Made by a program: the position numbers and the translations under genes
Shown: positions 1-9,688 of the stretch, one piece after another
Layout of the letters: each line of letters begins with the position of its first letter
Position numbering within the stretch: position 1 is the stretch's first letter
The notes under the pieces: generated by a model
What the model was told of the DNA's origin: nothing
What the model saw: the letters and a program-made list of their open reading frames with translations, nothing else
The model's database searches: none
Assembly: GCA_029245245.1 (NCBI GenBank)
Contig: JAQWPT010000038.1
Location: forward strand, 33,052 to 97,051
DNA length: 64,000 nt
Reading direction: 5' to 3'
DNA from: Phycisphaerales bacterium
GTDB lineage: Bacteria; Planctomycetota; Phycisphaerae; Phycisphaerales; SM1A02

Positions 1-319
1 TCCACTGGGCGACTCCTTCCTGGCCCAGATGGGCCACCAGGATCTCGTGGAAACCCTGCCTCCCGGAGGAGTCCTCCTGGCATCCACCGACATGGTGACC
101 AACCAGGCCTGGAAGTTCGACAGCAAGCCCATCTACTGCACGCAGTTCCACCCGGAACTGAGCCTCGGGCTGCTGCTCGATCGACTGCGCATCTACCCCA
201 AGTACGTCAAGGAGATCACCGGACTGGCCTTCGACGACTTCGTCGAACAGCTGTGCATCGACTCCCACGACACGGACGAAATGCTGCCACGTTTCGTCGC
301 ACTGGTCACCGGTGCCTGA
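1..319 (+). CDS. class I glutamine amidotransferase-like protein, C-terminal part (5' end lies upstream of the window)
   Basis: The frame of ORF 29..319 stays open back to base 2. The translation carries ...IYCTQFHPE..., the His-Glu end of the GATase1 catalytic triad. Stop TGA at 317-319. Confidence 0.6.
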   Translation, partial: PLGDSFLAQMGHQDLVETLPPGGVLLASTDMVTNQAWKFDSKPIYCTQFHPELSLGLLLDRLRIYPKYVKEITGLAFDDFVEQLCIDSHDTDEMLPRFVALVTGA

Positions 320-321
320 CC

Positions 322-1611
322 ATGTCACGAGCCAACGGTCTCATCCGCGTCAATGACCATGGCCCCGGGCACCCACTGGCCTGGATCGTGTGGTCCGTCC
401 CCGCCTTCTTCTTTCTCTACGAGTACATCCTCCGGATCATGCCCGGCATCATCGAGAAGGATCTCGAGCATGAGTTCCATATCGACGAGGCCACCATCGG
501 CGGCTCGCTGGGCATGTACTACTTCGCCTATGCCCCGATGCAACTGGTCGTCGGCATCCTGCTGGATCGCTTCGGAGCACGGGTGCTGCTGGCGGGTGCC
601 GCGGTGATCTGCGCCATGGGCCTGATCGTCTTCTCGATGTCCTCGACGACCTGGGGGCTCGCCGGCAGCCGGTTCCTCGTGGGCTTCGGCTCCTCCTTCG
701 CATTCATCGGCGCGGTCTACGTCGCCATGGTCTGGTTTCCGGAGAAACAGATCCCCCTGCTTACGGGACTGACGGCGGGACTGGGCTTCGGCATCGGGAT
801 CGTCGGCGAACTCTTCACCACCGACATTCTTGGAACACCACCGGCCTGGCGATCCGCATCGCTCATCCTGGCCATCATCGGCATGCTCGTGGCCGTTGGT
901 GTCCTGATCGTGGTGCCTCACCGTCCGGCCTGGTACCTCGATCGCACGGGCATCGATGAAGGCCGCACCATGAAGCGCGCCATGCACGGCCTGCTCGAGG
1001 TGATGTCGCGTCCTGCGATCTGGTTGATCAGCCTCGGCTGCGCACTGATGTACCTCCCGCTGCCACTGGCCGCCAACTGGGGCCCACGCACGGTGAGCGA
1101 ACTGATCGGTCGCAGCGACATGGGCAGCAGCGAGCTCTTCGCGTGGTTCTATCTCGGCGTGGCCGCTGGCTGCCCGCTCTCGGGCTGGCTCAGCAGCCGG
1201 ATCGGTCGAACCCGCCCCATCCTGCTTGCGGGGGCTGCCTGCATCTGCGGACTCACCATCACGCTGGCCCTGCTGTCGAACCCCTCCCAGACCGAAATCG
1301 CCATGATCCTGCTGGCATGGGGAGCCGCCACGAGTACCTACGTCCTGGGATACCCCCTGGCAGCAGAACTCTGCCCGCGGGATGCCCACGGCTCGGCCAT
1401 CGCCTTCGTGAACTTCGTAGCCATGATGCTCGCCTTCGGTTACGTGTGGCTCTTTGGCGTGGTAGTGGATGCCTTTGCCTCGTCCAGGGGGCACATTCCC
1501 CATGCCGAGCCCGGCGATTTCCAATCCACCCTGCTGTGGACCGGCGTGCTCGTGGGCCTGGCCGTGATCCTGGTGGGGCTGGTACGTTCCCACCGGCCCA
1601 AGACAGGTTGA
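322..1611 (+). CDS. MFS transporter
   Basis: ORF 253..1611; the ATG at 322 lies 2 nt after the upstream stop. About 12 hydrophobic helices, and an MFS-type loop GILLDRFGARVLL after TM2. Confidence 0.8.
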   Translation: MSRANGLIRVNDHGPGHPLAWIVWSVPAFFFLYEYILRIMPGIIEKDLEHEFHIDEATIGGSLGMYYFAYAPMQLVVGILLDRFGARVLLAGAAVICAMGLIVFSMSSTTWGLAGSRFLVGFGSSFAFIGAVYVAMVWFPEKQIPLLTGLTAGLGFGIGIVGELFTTDILGTPPAWRSASLILAIIGMLVAVGVLIVVPHRPAWYLDRTGIDEGRTMKRAMHGLLEVMSRPAIWLISLGCALMYLPLPLAANWGPRTVSELIGRSDMGSSELFAWFYLGVAAGCPLSGWLSSRIGRTRPILLAGAACICGLTITLALLSNPSQTEIAMILLAWGAATSTYVLGYPLAAELCPRDAHGSAIAFVNFVAMMLAFGYVWLFGVVVDAFASSRGHIPHAEPGDFQSTLLWTGVLVGLAVILVGLVRSHRPKTG

Positions 1612-1681
1612 TGCAAGTCCACCCCCGTTCCCGACCGACAGAGGGGTATACTCGCCCGATGGCCCACCCGGAACAGAACCC

Positions 1682-2428
1682 ATGACCGTCTCGAACAAGA
1701 CCACCCTCAGTTGCTACCCGGAACTCGCCTACGGAGGCTATTCCCGGGTCGATGGCATCGTGGCCTTCTACGCCCGGGTGAACTCGCTGCTGACTCCCGA
1801 ATCGACCGTCCTGGACATCGGGTGTGGACGCGGCGCCTTCATGGAAGATGCAACCTCCCCGTGGCGAAACTCCCTGCGGGTGTTCAAAGGCCGGGCGGGC
1901 AAGGTCATCGGCATCGACGTCGACCCCGAGGGCGAAGGCAATCCAGACATGGACGAGTTCAGACTGCTGGAGGATCAACACCACTGGCCGGTCGAGGATG
2001 CCTCCATCGATCTGGCCACGAGCAACTGCGTCCTCGAGCATGTCGAACATCCCGACACCTTCTTCGCCGAGTGCAGTCGGGTCATGAAGCCCGGGGGATA
2101 CGTCTGTCTGCGAACCCCGAACAAGTACTTCTACATCTCGATCATCGCGGCGTTGGTTCCCAACAAGTTCCACACCGCCCTGACATCCCGGGTCCAGCAT
2201 GGACGCAAGGACGAAGACGTCTTCCCCACCTTCTACCGCTGCAACACGAAGCGATCGGTCACCCGCATGTTGAACAAGGCCGGCTTTGATGTGACGGTCG
2301 TCCGCCACGAAGCCGAGCCGGCGTACATGCACTTCTCGAACATCGCCTACCGACTTGGTTCGCTGGCCCACCGGCTCATGCCGCCGCCGCTGACCTCCAC
2401 CCTGCTCATCTACGCCAGAAAACGCTGA
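1682..2428 (+). CDS. class I SAM-dependent methyltransferase
   Basis: Motif I VLDIGCGRG, a post-I acidic residue, SNCVLEHVEHP and MKPGGY, typical of the Methyltransf_11/23 fold. Confidence 0.8.
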   Translation: MTVSNKTTLSCYPELAYGGYSRVDGIVAFYARVNSLLTPESTVLDIGCGRGAFMEDATSPWRNSLRVFKGRAGKVIGIDVDPEGEGNPDMDEFRLLEDQHHWPVEDASIDLATSNCVLEHVEHPDTFFAECSRVMKPGGYVCLRTPNKYFYISIIAALVPNKFHTALTSRVQHGRKDEDVFPTFYRCNTKRSVTRMLNKAGFDVTVVRHEAEPAYMHFSNIAYRLGSLAHRLMPPPLTSTLLIYARKR

Positions 2429-2635
2429 GACCTCCTGAATCGGGCTGCCGAGTTCATCGGCACTGCCCACCGGGTGGCCCTGCTGACACTGGCGGGCTTC
2501 GCCGGCCGACGCCACTGAGCCCGACTCGACCGCTGCCAAGGCTCACCGGAGGACGAAGCGAGTTCATGGTGAATGCGACTGTCATGATTCAGCCGCATGT
2601 AGCCACGACCCGAGCGGCCCCGTAGAATCCGAACC

Positions 2636-2764
2636 ATGTTCTGGCTGCTCATCTCGACCACCGGCATGCTGGCCGTCGGCTGGCTGGTGTGGAATGCCCT
2701 GGACAGGCAGGGATACGCCAGTCCCCCCACCGATGACGAACCACCGGCCCCGCCCGATGCGTGA
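2636..2764 (+). CDS. candidate 42-aa single-TM small protein (below the ORF-track cutoff)
   Basis: Hand translation: ATG 2636 gives MFWLLISTTGMLAVGWLVWNALDRQGYASPPTDDEPPAPPDA*. One clean hydrophobic helix plus an acidic/Pro tail. Its stop abuts the MscS stop. No homology evidence. Confidence 0.3.
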   Translation: MFWLLISTTGMLAVGWLVWNALDRQGYASPPTDDEPPAPPDA

Positions 2765-4096
2765 TCAGCCGCCCAGGCGACGGAAATCCGTACCACTGGG
2801 CGACTGGAACACCCGCAGACCGAACTCGGGCACCGCCGCAAGCAGGTGATCGAAGATGTCCGCCTGGATCTCCTCGTACTGCACCCACCGATTGTCGTTG
2901 GTGAACACGTACAGTTCGATGGGAAGCCCCAGTTCGGTCGGCTGCAGTTGACGCACGAGGAAGGTGAATCCTTCCTTGTGGATCTTGGGGTGCTTCTGCA
3001 GGTAACTCTTGACGTAGGCACGGAAGATGCCCACGTTGGTCTGGCACCGACCGTTGACGTCATGGGTGATCTCGACACCGTGTTCCGAGTTCCACGCGTC
3101 GATCTCATCGCTTCGCTGCGAGATGTACCCATCGACGAGTTGGAACCGGCGGAGCCGCTCGAGCATCTCGGCGTCGGTGAACCGGATGGAACTCATGTCG
3201 ATCATGATGGATCGCTTGATACGGCGCCCGCCGCTTTCGGACATGCCTTCCCAGTTGATGAAGGACTCGGAGATCAACTTGTAGGCCGGCACGAGACTGA
3301 TTGTCCGATCCCAATTCTCGATGCGCACCGTCGTGAGGCTGACTTCCTTGACCTCGCCGTCGGCATGCTCCGAATCCAACTGCACCCAGTCGCCAACCTG
3401 GATCATCTTGTTGGCATTGAGCTGGACGCCCGCCACCAGCCCCAGGATGGTGTCCTTGAAGATCAGCAGGATGATGGCCATCGCGGCGCCGATGCCCGAG
3501 AGGAAGTAGACCGGCGACTTGGCGAACAGCACACTCACCAGCAGCAGGATGCCCACAAGGACCACCACCAGTTTGCCGGCCTGGGTCACGCCGCGGAGGG
3601 CGAACTTCGTCTCCATGCCCTTGGACTCGTAGACATCCTCGAGGACATCGATGAGCCCGATCATGATCATCACCCCGATCCAGATGATGTAGATGTCGAT
3701 CAGTGGCTGGGTCCAGACGTCCACGTACAGGAGTCTCAGCAGCGGCAGCCCGTAGGAGAGCAGGAGCAGCGGCACCAGGTGCGAAAGCCGAGTCAGCACC
3801 TTGTACTTGAGCAGGAGGTTGACCGGATGATCGCCACGGTCGCGGAGCGGCCGCTGCACGAGGTGGCGGATGAGCCACTTCGTGACTCGATTGCTCAGGT
3901 AGCAGGCGAGGGCGAGGAGGACGACGCACATCGCCGTAGCGACCCAAGCCGCCACGGCCTGCTGCAGTCCCCAGGTCTGCACCCACGACACCAGGGAATC
4001 GAACCACCCGCCGACAGTGGTGTCGAGCGTTTCGGAGCGGTACCACGCGGTGGCGCCTTCTGGAGGGGGTGGGGGTGTATCCGTGGAGTTCAGCAT
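2765..4096 (-). CDS. mechanosensitive ion channel family protein (MscS-like)
   Basis: ORF 2765..4159; internal ATG at 4096 chosen because it leaves 22 nt after the upstream stop. N-terminal TM helices followed by an MscS beta-domain signature ...VGDWVQLDSEHADGEVKEVSLTTVRIENWDRTISLVPAYKLISESFINW. Confidence 0.85.
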   Translation of the reverse strand: MLNSTDTPPPPPEGATAWYRSETLDTTVGGWFDSLVSWVQTWGLQQAVAAWVATAMCVVLLALACYLSNRVTKWLIRHLVQRPLRDRGDHPVNLLLKYKVLTRLSHLVPLLLLSYGLPLLRLLYVDVWTQPLIDIYIIWIGVMIMIGLIDVLEDVYESKGMETKFALRGVTQAGKLVVVLVGILLLVSVLFAKSPVYFLSGIGAAMAIILLIFKDTILGLVAGVQLNANKMIQVGDWVQLDSEHADGEVKEVSLTTVRIENWDRTISLVPAYKLISESFINWEGMSESGGRRIKRSIMIDMSSIRFTDAEMLERLRRFQLVDGYISQRSDEIDAWNSEHGVEITHDVNGRCQTNVGIFRAYVKSYLQKHPKIHKEGFTFLVRQLQPTELGLPIELYVFTNDNRWVQYEEIQADIFDHLLAAVPEFGLRVFQSPSGTDFRRLGG

Positions 4097-4118
4097 TGCA
4101 ACAGTCGCATTTGGAAGT

Positions 4119-5045
4119 TCAATAGACCTCGACCATGCAGCGTGGCCCGGCCTTGACACTCCGCTTCATGTCCTTGGTGTCCCAGTTCTCATGGTCCTCG
4201 AGTTTCATGGGGTCACGGATATCCATGTAGCCCTCGGTCAGTCCGTTCCGGGCCAGGACCCGGTAGAGCCCGGATTCCATGCCCTCCAGACCGCACATGT
4301 AGATGATGGTCCGCGAGTCGGACAGGTGCTCCCTGAATCCATCGTCCATGTTGCGTTCGATGTAGCGGTCGACGTACTCCCGCCGGATGTCGCTTCGACT
4401 GATGACCCGGTGGTAGTTGAAGTTGGGAAACTCCGCCGCCAGGGCGTCGAAGAACTCGTCGTAGATCAGGTCGGTGGTGTACGGGGTCCCCATCACCAGT
4501 TCGATGCGGCTCTGGCAGGGGCCACCGGGGCCCTGGAGCAATTCACGAACCATCCCGTAGAAAGGCGCGATGCCCGTCCCGGTGGCAATGAAGAGGTAGT
4601 CGTGCAGCGAGGGGTCGGCTGGGAGGAGGAATCGCTTCCCGGCGGGCCCGGTGACAAGCACCTCGTCACCGATCCTGAGGTCGCAGAGGTAGTTGCTGCA
4701 GACCCCGAGAAAGAGGTGGTGGGCCGAGTCGTCCTCGTCACCCTTCTGGGGGGTGTACTCGTCGATGACCCGCTTGACGGTGGTGGAGACCACGTTGCCC
4801 TCCCCGTCTTCGCCCTTGCTGGGACAAGCCAGCGAGTAGAGTCGGACGGCATGGGGCTTGCCTCGGGAATCCTCGCCCGGCGCGATCACTCCGAAGGCCT
4901 GGCCGGCCCGGAAGGAGCCGGCCAAGGGGGTTCCCGATACATCGATGGCGACGTGCCGGACGAAACTGGCGGATCGGCCGTTCAAGCAGGGCTCGGAGGC
5001 AACAACGCGGCCGATGACCGGCTCCTTCGGCCGAACCGCATGCAT
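4119..5045 (-). CDS. ferredoxin-NADP+ reductase (plant-type FNR fold)
   Basis: ORF 4119..5459 trimmed to ATG 5045 (MHAVRPKEP...). FAD motif RLYSLAC, NADP motif ATGTGIAPF, C-terminal ...CMVEVY. Confidence 0.85.
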   Translation of the reverse strand: MHAVRPKEPVIGRVVASEPCLNGRSASFVRHVAIDVSGTPLAGSFRAGQAFGVIAPGEDSRGKPHAVRLYSLACPSKGEDGEGNVVSTTVKRVIDEYTPQKGDEDDSAHHLFLGVCSNYLCDLRIGDEVLVTGPAGKRFLLPADPSLHDYLFIATGTGIAPFYGMVRELLQGPGGPCQSRIELVMGTPYTTDLIYDEFFDALAAEFPNFNYHRVISRSDIRREYVDRYIERNMDDGFREHLSDSRTIIYMCGLEGMESGLYRVLARNGLTEGYMDIRDPMKLEDHENWDTKDMKRSVKAGPRCMVEVY

Positions 5046-5247
5046 CTGAACATCACCAAGTTCTGGAGTATTGGCGTCCGTCACGGCGATCAGTATAGAG
5101 AGCCGAACGTCGGCTCGGGGGGAGGCCGCCGGACGACCCCCCGCCTTCCTGTCCACGGGGCCTCGACCAGCGAGGCCTCTCTGGGTAGGATCCAAAGAGA
5201 TCGCGGGTGCATTGGACGCTCCCCGCCGTGCAGGATGCCGACAGGAC

Positions 5248-6624
5248 ATGGATGATTTCCGAATCCAGGGTGGAACCCGACTGACCGGTCGACTGACCGT
5301 CGATGGATCCAAGAACGCCGCATTGCCCCTGATGGCCGCACCGCTCCTGACGAGCGAGCCGGTGATCCTCCATGGCGTCCCGCCCCTGGCCGACGTGCGA
5401 AGCATGGAACGCCTGCTTGGTGAACTGGGCTGCCAGATCGACCGCAGCGGTCGATCCATCCAGTTGCAGGCCGTCGATGAGAAGCGATTCCATGCTCGCT
5501 ACGAGATCGTCAAGACGATGCGAGCGAGCATCTGTACCCTCGGACCGATGCTGGCCCGCCGCGGGGAAGTCCGCATCTCCATGCCCGGTGGCTGCGCAAT
5601 CGGAGATCGTCCCGTCGACCTGCACCTTCGTGGCATGGAAGCGCTCGGGGCCGAGATCACGCTTGAGGGTGGCGACATCATCGCCCGTGCCGATCGCCTC
5701 AAGGGCAACACGATCTTTCTCGGAGGTCCTTTCGGGTCCACCGTGCTGGGCACGGCCAACGTCATGTCGGCCGCCACACTCGCCGAGGGGCACACCGTCA
5801 TCGAGTCGGCTGCATGCGAACCGGAAATTGCCGACCTCGCCAAGCTGCTCAACGCGATGGGGGCACGGATCTTCGGCGCCGGCACGCCACGGATCACCAT
5901 CGAGGGCGTCGAGGAACTGCACGGAGCGGAACACGTCGTCCTGCCCGATCGCATCGTCGCGGGAACACTGGCCATCGCCGCCGCAATCACCCGTGGCGAC
6001 GTGCACCTGGAGCACTTCCCCTGGGACCACCTCCTGGCATTGACGGATCGGCTCCAGGAAATCGGCGTGTGCATCGAGCGTACGGATCTTTCCGAATCCT
6101 GCGAACGATGCACGGTCCGGATCACCGCTCCGGATGCATTCAAGCCGGTGCTCTTCACCACTCAGCCCTACCCGGGCTTCCCCACCGATCTCCAGGCCCA
6201 ACTCATGGCTCTGCTGTGCATCGCCGAGGGCAACAGCATCGTCACCGAGAAGATCTATCCCGACCGGTTCATGCATGTGCCTGAACTGAGCCGCATGGGC
6301 GCCCGCCTGATCCGCCAGGGGGCCACCGTGGTCGTCCAGGGCGTTCCGGAACTGATTGGCGCCCCTGTCATGGCCAGCGACCTGCGAGGCTCAGCCTCCC
6401 TGATCATCGCCGGCCTCGCCGCCCGAGGCGAGACCACCGTCAGCCGCGTCTACCACGTGGACCGGGGCTACGTCTGCCTCGAGGAACAGCTCAACAAACT
6501 CGGGGCCATGATCGAGCGTGTCAACGCCGAAACCGGCGAGGTCACCGGTGGAGCTCCCTCGATCACCACCCGACCGCTGGGAAGCGTGCCGGCCCTGGGC
6601 TCCAAGGCCCACACTCAGGTCTGA
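5248..6624 (+). CDS. murA: UDP-N-acetylglucosamine 1-carboxyvinyltransferase
   Basis: ORF 5071..6624 trimmed to ATG 5248: MDDFRIQGGTRLTGRLTVDGSKNAALPLMAA..., the canonical MurA N-terminus. Collinear MurA/EPSP-synthase fold motifs throughout, plus a roughly 35-aa C-terminal tail. Confidence 0.9.
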   Translation: MDDFRIQGGTRLTGRLTVDGSKNAALPLMAAPLLTSEPVILHGVPPLADVRSMERLLGELGCQIDRSGRSIQLQAVDEKRFHARYEIVKTMRASICTLGPMLARRGEVRISMPGGCAIGDRPVDLHLRGMEALGAEITLEGGDIIARADRLKGNTIFLGGPFGSTVLGTANVMSAATLAEGHTVIESAACEPEIADLAKLLNAMGARIFGAGTPRITIEGVEELHGAEHVVLPDRIVAGTLAIAAAITRGDVHLEHFPWDHLLALTDRLQEIGVCIERTDLSESCERCTVRITAPDAFKPVLFTTQPYPGFPTDLQAQLMALLCIAEGNSIVTEKIYPDRFMHVPELSRMGARLIRQGATVVVQGVPELIGAPVMASDLRGSASLIIAGLAARGETTVSRVYHVDRGYVCLEEQLNKLGAMIERVNAETGEVTGGAPSITTRPLGSVPALGSKAHTQV

Positions 6625-7454
6625 CTCGACCGCAACCGCTCGTACAGGCAGATGGCCGCGGCGGACGCCACGTTCACCGAAGGCACCTCGCCGTGCATCG
6701 GAATCTCCACCAGCGCGTCACAGGCCGCCAGCGACGCGGCGGAGAGTCCATCCCCTTCCGAACCCACCAGCAGGCCGCAGCGTCGAGGCCACTGCACGTC
6801 CCAGAGTGCACGGGCATCGTCGCAGCACTCGGCCCCCAGCAGCGTGCAGTTCCACTCGCTGCGAAGTCGTTTCAATGCCATCTGCCACGCGCCTGCATCC
6901 GGCCCCACCTCTGCCCAGGGCATGGTGAAGACATGTCCCATCGCCACGCGGATCGACTTGCGATACAGCGGGTCGCAGCAGGACGGATCGAGGACGACGC
7001 CGTCAACACCGAGCGCCGCCGCGTTTCGGAAAAGGCTGCCCATGTTGTCCACGTTGGTGATTCCCTCGGCCAGCAGCAACGTGCAGTCGTCCACGTCGCG
7101 CAGGTGGCCCAGGGCGGCATCGAGTTCAAGTTCGGACGCATCCGGGCGGATGCCCGCAGCAAGGACCCCCCGGTGCACATGGAATCCGGCGACGTCACCA
7201 AGCAGCTCAAGGGATGCGGTATGGACCGGCACCGACTCGGGCAACCCGACCAGCAGGTGCTCCAACTGCTCGTACTTTCCCTGGGACAGCAGCAGTGCAT
7301 GAAGACGATGGGGCGTGGCCAGCAGGCGGCGAAGCACCAGTTCCGACTCGGCCATGAAGAGCCCGTCCCGCCCACGCAGATCGCGATCCCGCACATCGCG
7401 GAAGACCTCGACCCGGGAATCTCCGGGATCCGTCACCACGTGGGGACCGTTCAC
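6615..7454 (-). CDS. TrmH/SpoU-family RNA 2'-O-methyltransferase
   Basis: SPOUT motifs ...VDNMGSLFRNAAALGVDGVVL... and ...IPMHGEVPSVNVASAAAICLYE. GTG start at 7454 overlaps the upstream stop (GTGA). Confidence 0.8.
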   Translation of the reverse strand: MNGPHVVTDPGDSRVEVFRDVRDRDLRGRDGLFMAESELVLRRLLATPHRLHALLLSQGKYEQLEHLLVGLPESVPVHTASLELLGDVAGFHVHRGVLAAGIRPDASELELDAALGHLRDVDDCTLLLAEGITNVDNMGSLFRNAAALGVDGVVLDPSCCDPLYRKSIRVAMGHVFTMPWAEVGPDAGAWQMALKRLRSEWNCTLLGAECCDDARALWDVQWPRRCGLLVGSEGDGLSAASLAACDALVEIPMHGEVPSVNVASAAAICLYERLRSSQT

Positions 7455-8746
7455 GGGCTGTCGCCGGCTCCGCCCTCGTCACCACGCAGCAGGCCCATCA
7501 ACTGTTCCTGGGCTCGCTGGTACCGACGGGCGCTGTCGAGCAGGTTTTTCCGCATCAACTCGAACTGGTCATGATCATCCGAGAGGTCCTGGCCATGGGC
7601 ATCCATGAATCGCTGCATGGACTCCGCCGCCGACTTGAGATCGGCAGCACCGAACACGAAGTTCCTTGATGCCTCGTAGATCAGTTCCTGGCTGTACTGC
7701 TTGTCAGTGGGCCGATACAGGAGCCGCCACGGACTGGCAGTGACCTCGGCCAGCAACTGGGTCAACTGCTGGGACGAGAGCGTCAAGTTGGCGAGGGTGA
7801 CATCGATGTCCCCGAACCAGGGACCCGAGCGGGCACGCAGATCGGCCACGACCACTTTCACGTCAGCAGTCGTCGCCAGCAGGTTGTCGATGAACGCTTC
7901 CACCTTGGGCCAGGTCTGTTCCTGGATCGTCGTGGCCAGTTCGGAAGCCCGCGAGAGGGTGTCGTCGAGGTTGTCGGTGATGTCCTGGAACTTCGTCTCA
8001 TTGTTGTTGATCCAGGATGAGAGGGTATCGACGGCCCGGGCGAAGTCCTGGACCTCGGCCATGAGGACATCGATCTCCTTGGACCAGTTGGCCCAGTCGG
8101 CATCGAGGTCCGTCAGCAGCTTGTTTCCATTCTTGACCGCATCGTTCAGTCCCGAGAGCACTTCCTGCACGTCCTTGGTCGATCCATCTCCAAGCACCCA
8201 CTGGATGAGTTCCCCATCCTGTTCAAGCCGCTTGGTGATGACTGCCAGCGAATCGAGCGTGCTGGAAATGTTGTCCGAGGAATCCGAACCCAGCAGACTG
8301 TCGAGCATGCTCAACGAGACGCCCTGGAAGGTGCCGCCGGGTTCGATCACCGCGCCCTCGGTCCCGAGCGACGTGAATGCCAGCCATGCGTCGCTGCTGA
8401 TGAGTCCGGCGCCGACCGAGACCTGTGCATCGGTACGAAGCTGCATGGACACGGGCATGCTGAAGACCACATCGATCTTCGTCAGCGGACGATTTTCCTG
8501 CACGTCGAACGTCACGTCGTCGACCTTGCCCACGACGATGCCGCCGACCTTGACGAAGGAACCGGAACCGAGTCCCGCCACGCCATCCGAGACCTCGTAG
8601 GTCACCGTGTAGGTGGAGTCACTGGGCCCGAAGTACCGGATGAAATCACCGAGTACGAAGATCACGCACAACCCGACCAGGATCGAGACGGTCACGAAGA
8701 TGCCGGCCTTGATGTTGTTCTGCGAACGGGATGCTGCATTCGACAT
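7451..8746 (-). CDS. MlaD/MCE-domain protein (membrane-anchored substrate-binding component)
   Basis: ORF 7451..8767 has a TTG start; the ATG at 8746 has a GGAG-type RBS. N-terminal TM IFVTVSILVGLCVIFVL, then an MCE core YTVTYEVSDGVAGLGSGSFVKVGGIVVGKVDDV and a long helical C-terminal region. Confidence 0.75.
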   Translation of the reverse strand: MSNAASRSQNNIKAGIFVTVSILVGLCVIFVLGDFIRYFGPSDSTYTVTYEVSDGVAGLGSGSFVKVGGIVVGKVDDVTFDVQENRPLTKIDVVFSMPVSMQLRTDAQVSVGAGLISSDAWLAFTSLGTEGAVIEPGGTFQGVSLSMLDSLLGSDSSDNISSTLDSLAVITKRLEQDGELIQWVLGDGSTKDVQEVLSGLNDAVKNGNKLLTDLDADWANWSKEIDVLMAEVQDFARAVDTLSSWINNNETKFQDITDNLDDTLSRASELATTIQEQTWPKVEAFIDNLLATTADVKVVVADLRARSGPWFGDIDVTLANLTLSSQQLTQLLAEVTASPWRLLYRPTDKQYSQELIYEASRNFVFGAADLKSAAESMQRFMDAHGQDLSDDHDQFELMRKNLLDSARRYQRAQEQLMGLLRGDEGGAGDSP

Positions 8747-8788
8747 GATCTGCTCCGTGGCGGCCAAGCCGCCGCTGTCGTACTGGAC

Positions 8789-9688
8789 CTACTTGACCCG
8801 CCGGGTGGTCTCGATCGCTCGCCCACCGGTGAGCTTGCTCAAATCGGCCCCAAGAAGGTCTGCCTCGTAACTGTTCTGGGTATGGGACTCGCTCATCGGT
8901 CCCTCCGGATCACCGCGAAGGAACTGGCGAATGAGCTGCTGCTCTTCCGTCAGTTCATCGATGCCTTCCAGCGGATGGTCACGAAGTTCCTCGTAGGCCT
9001 CCCGCTTGTCCACCATGATCATCCGGCCCTTGTTGAGCATCGCCATCCGATCGGCGATGGTGAAGGCCGAATCCATCTCGTGGGTCACCACGACACTCGC
9101 GACGCCCAGTTTCTGGGTGAGGTCGATCATCAACTGGTCGATGGATGCCGAGGTCACGGGATCGAGACCGGCACTGGGCTCGTCGTAGAAGAGGATCTTG
9201 GGATCCAGGGCCAGGGCCCTCGCGAGCCCGGCGCGTTTCTTCATGCCACCGCTGATCTGGGCCGGGTACTTGTCCGCGGCCTCGCGAAGGCCGACGAGTT
9301 CAAGCTTGATCTTCACCATGAAGTCGATGATGTTCGCGTCCAGGTCGGTGTGTTCCTCCAGGGGCAGTGCCACGTTCTCGGCCACCGTCAGCGACTGGAA
9401 GAGGGCTCCGGACTGGAAGAGGATCCCGAACTGCTTTCGGATGTCGTTCATTCCCTGCTCGTTGAGGGTCGCGAGATCCTCTCCGAAGAGCTTGACCGAG
9501 CCCTCTTCGGGCGTGAACGTTCCGATCATGTTCCGCAGGAGTGTCGACTTGCCCGAACCGGATCCACCCATGATGACCATGGTCTCCCCGGGGTGCACGT
9601 CCAGGTTGATGCCGTTGAGTACCGTCTGGTCGCCGAATCGCTTGACGAGCCCCTCGATCTTGATGATGTCGTTCTGTGCATCAACCAT
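8789..9688 (-). CDS. ABC transporter ATP-binding protein, MlaF-like
   Basis: Trimmed to ATG 9688 (MVDAQNDIIKIEGLVKRFGDQ). Walker A GGSGSGKST, signature ISGGMKKRAGLARA, Walker B ILFYDEPSAGLDP, H-loop VVTHE. Confidence 0.85.
   Translation of the reverse strand: MVDAQNDIIKIEGLVKRFGDQTVLNGINLDVHPGETMVIMGGSGSGKSTLLRNMIGTFTPEEGSVKLFGEDLATLNEQGMNDIRKQFGILFQSGALFQSLTVAENVALPLEEHTDLDANIIDFMVKIKLELVGLREAADKYPAQISGGMKKRAGLARALALDPKILFYDEPSAGLDPVTSASIDQLMIDLTQKLGVASVVVTHEMDSAFTIADRMAMLNKGRMIMVDKREAYEELRDHPLEGIDELTEEQQLIRQFLRGDPEGPMSESHTQNSYEADLLGADLSKLTGGRAIETTRRVK

Noticed and set aside
4119-5459. Long N-terminal extensions offered by the ORF track: FNR 5459, murA 5071, queG 36585, dcd 38955, the 33205 lipoprotein, the 44678 GH64-like gene, nrnA 27970, ribF 28961, pyrD 13504
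   Set aside because: The extensions are Arg/Pro/Ser-rich and overlap neighbouring genes. Internal ATGs restore canonical family N-termini or signal peptides and sensible intergenic spacing.
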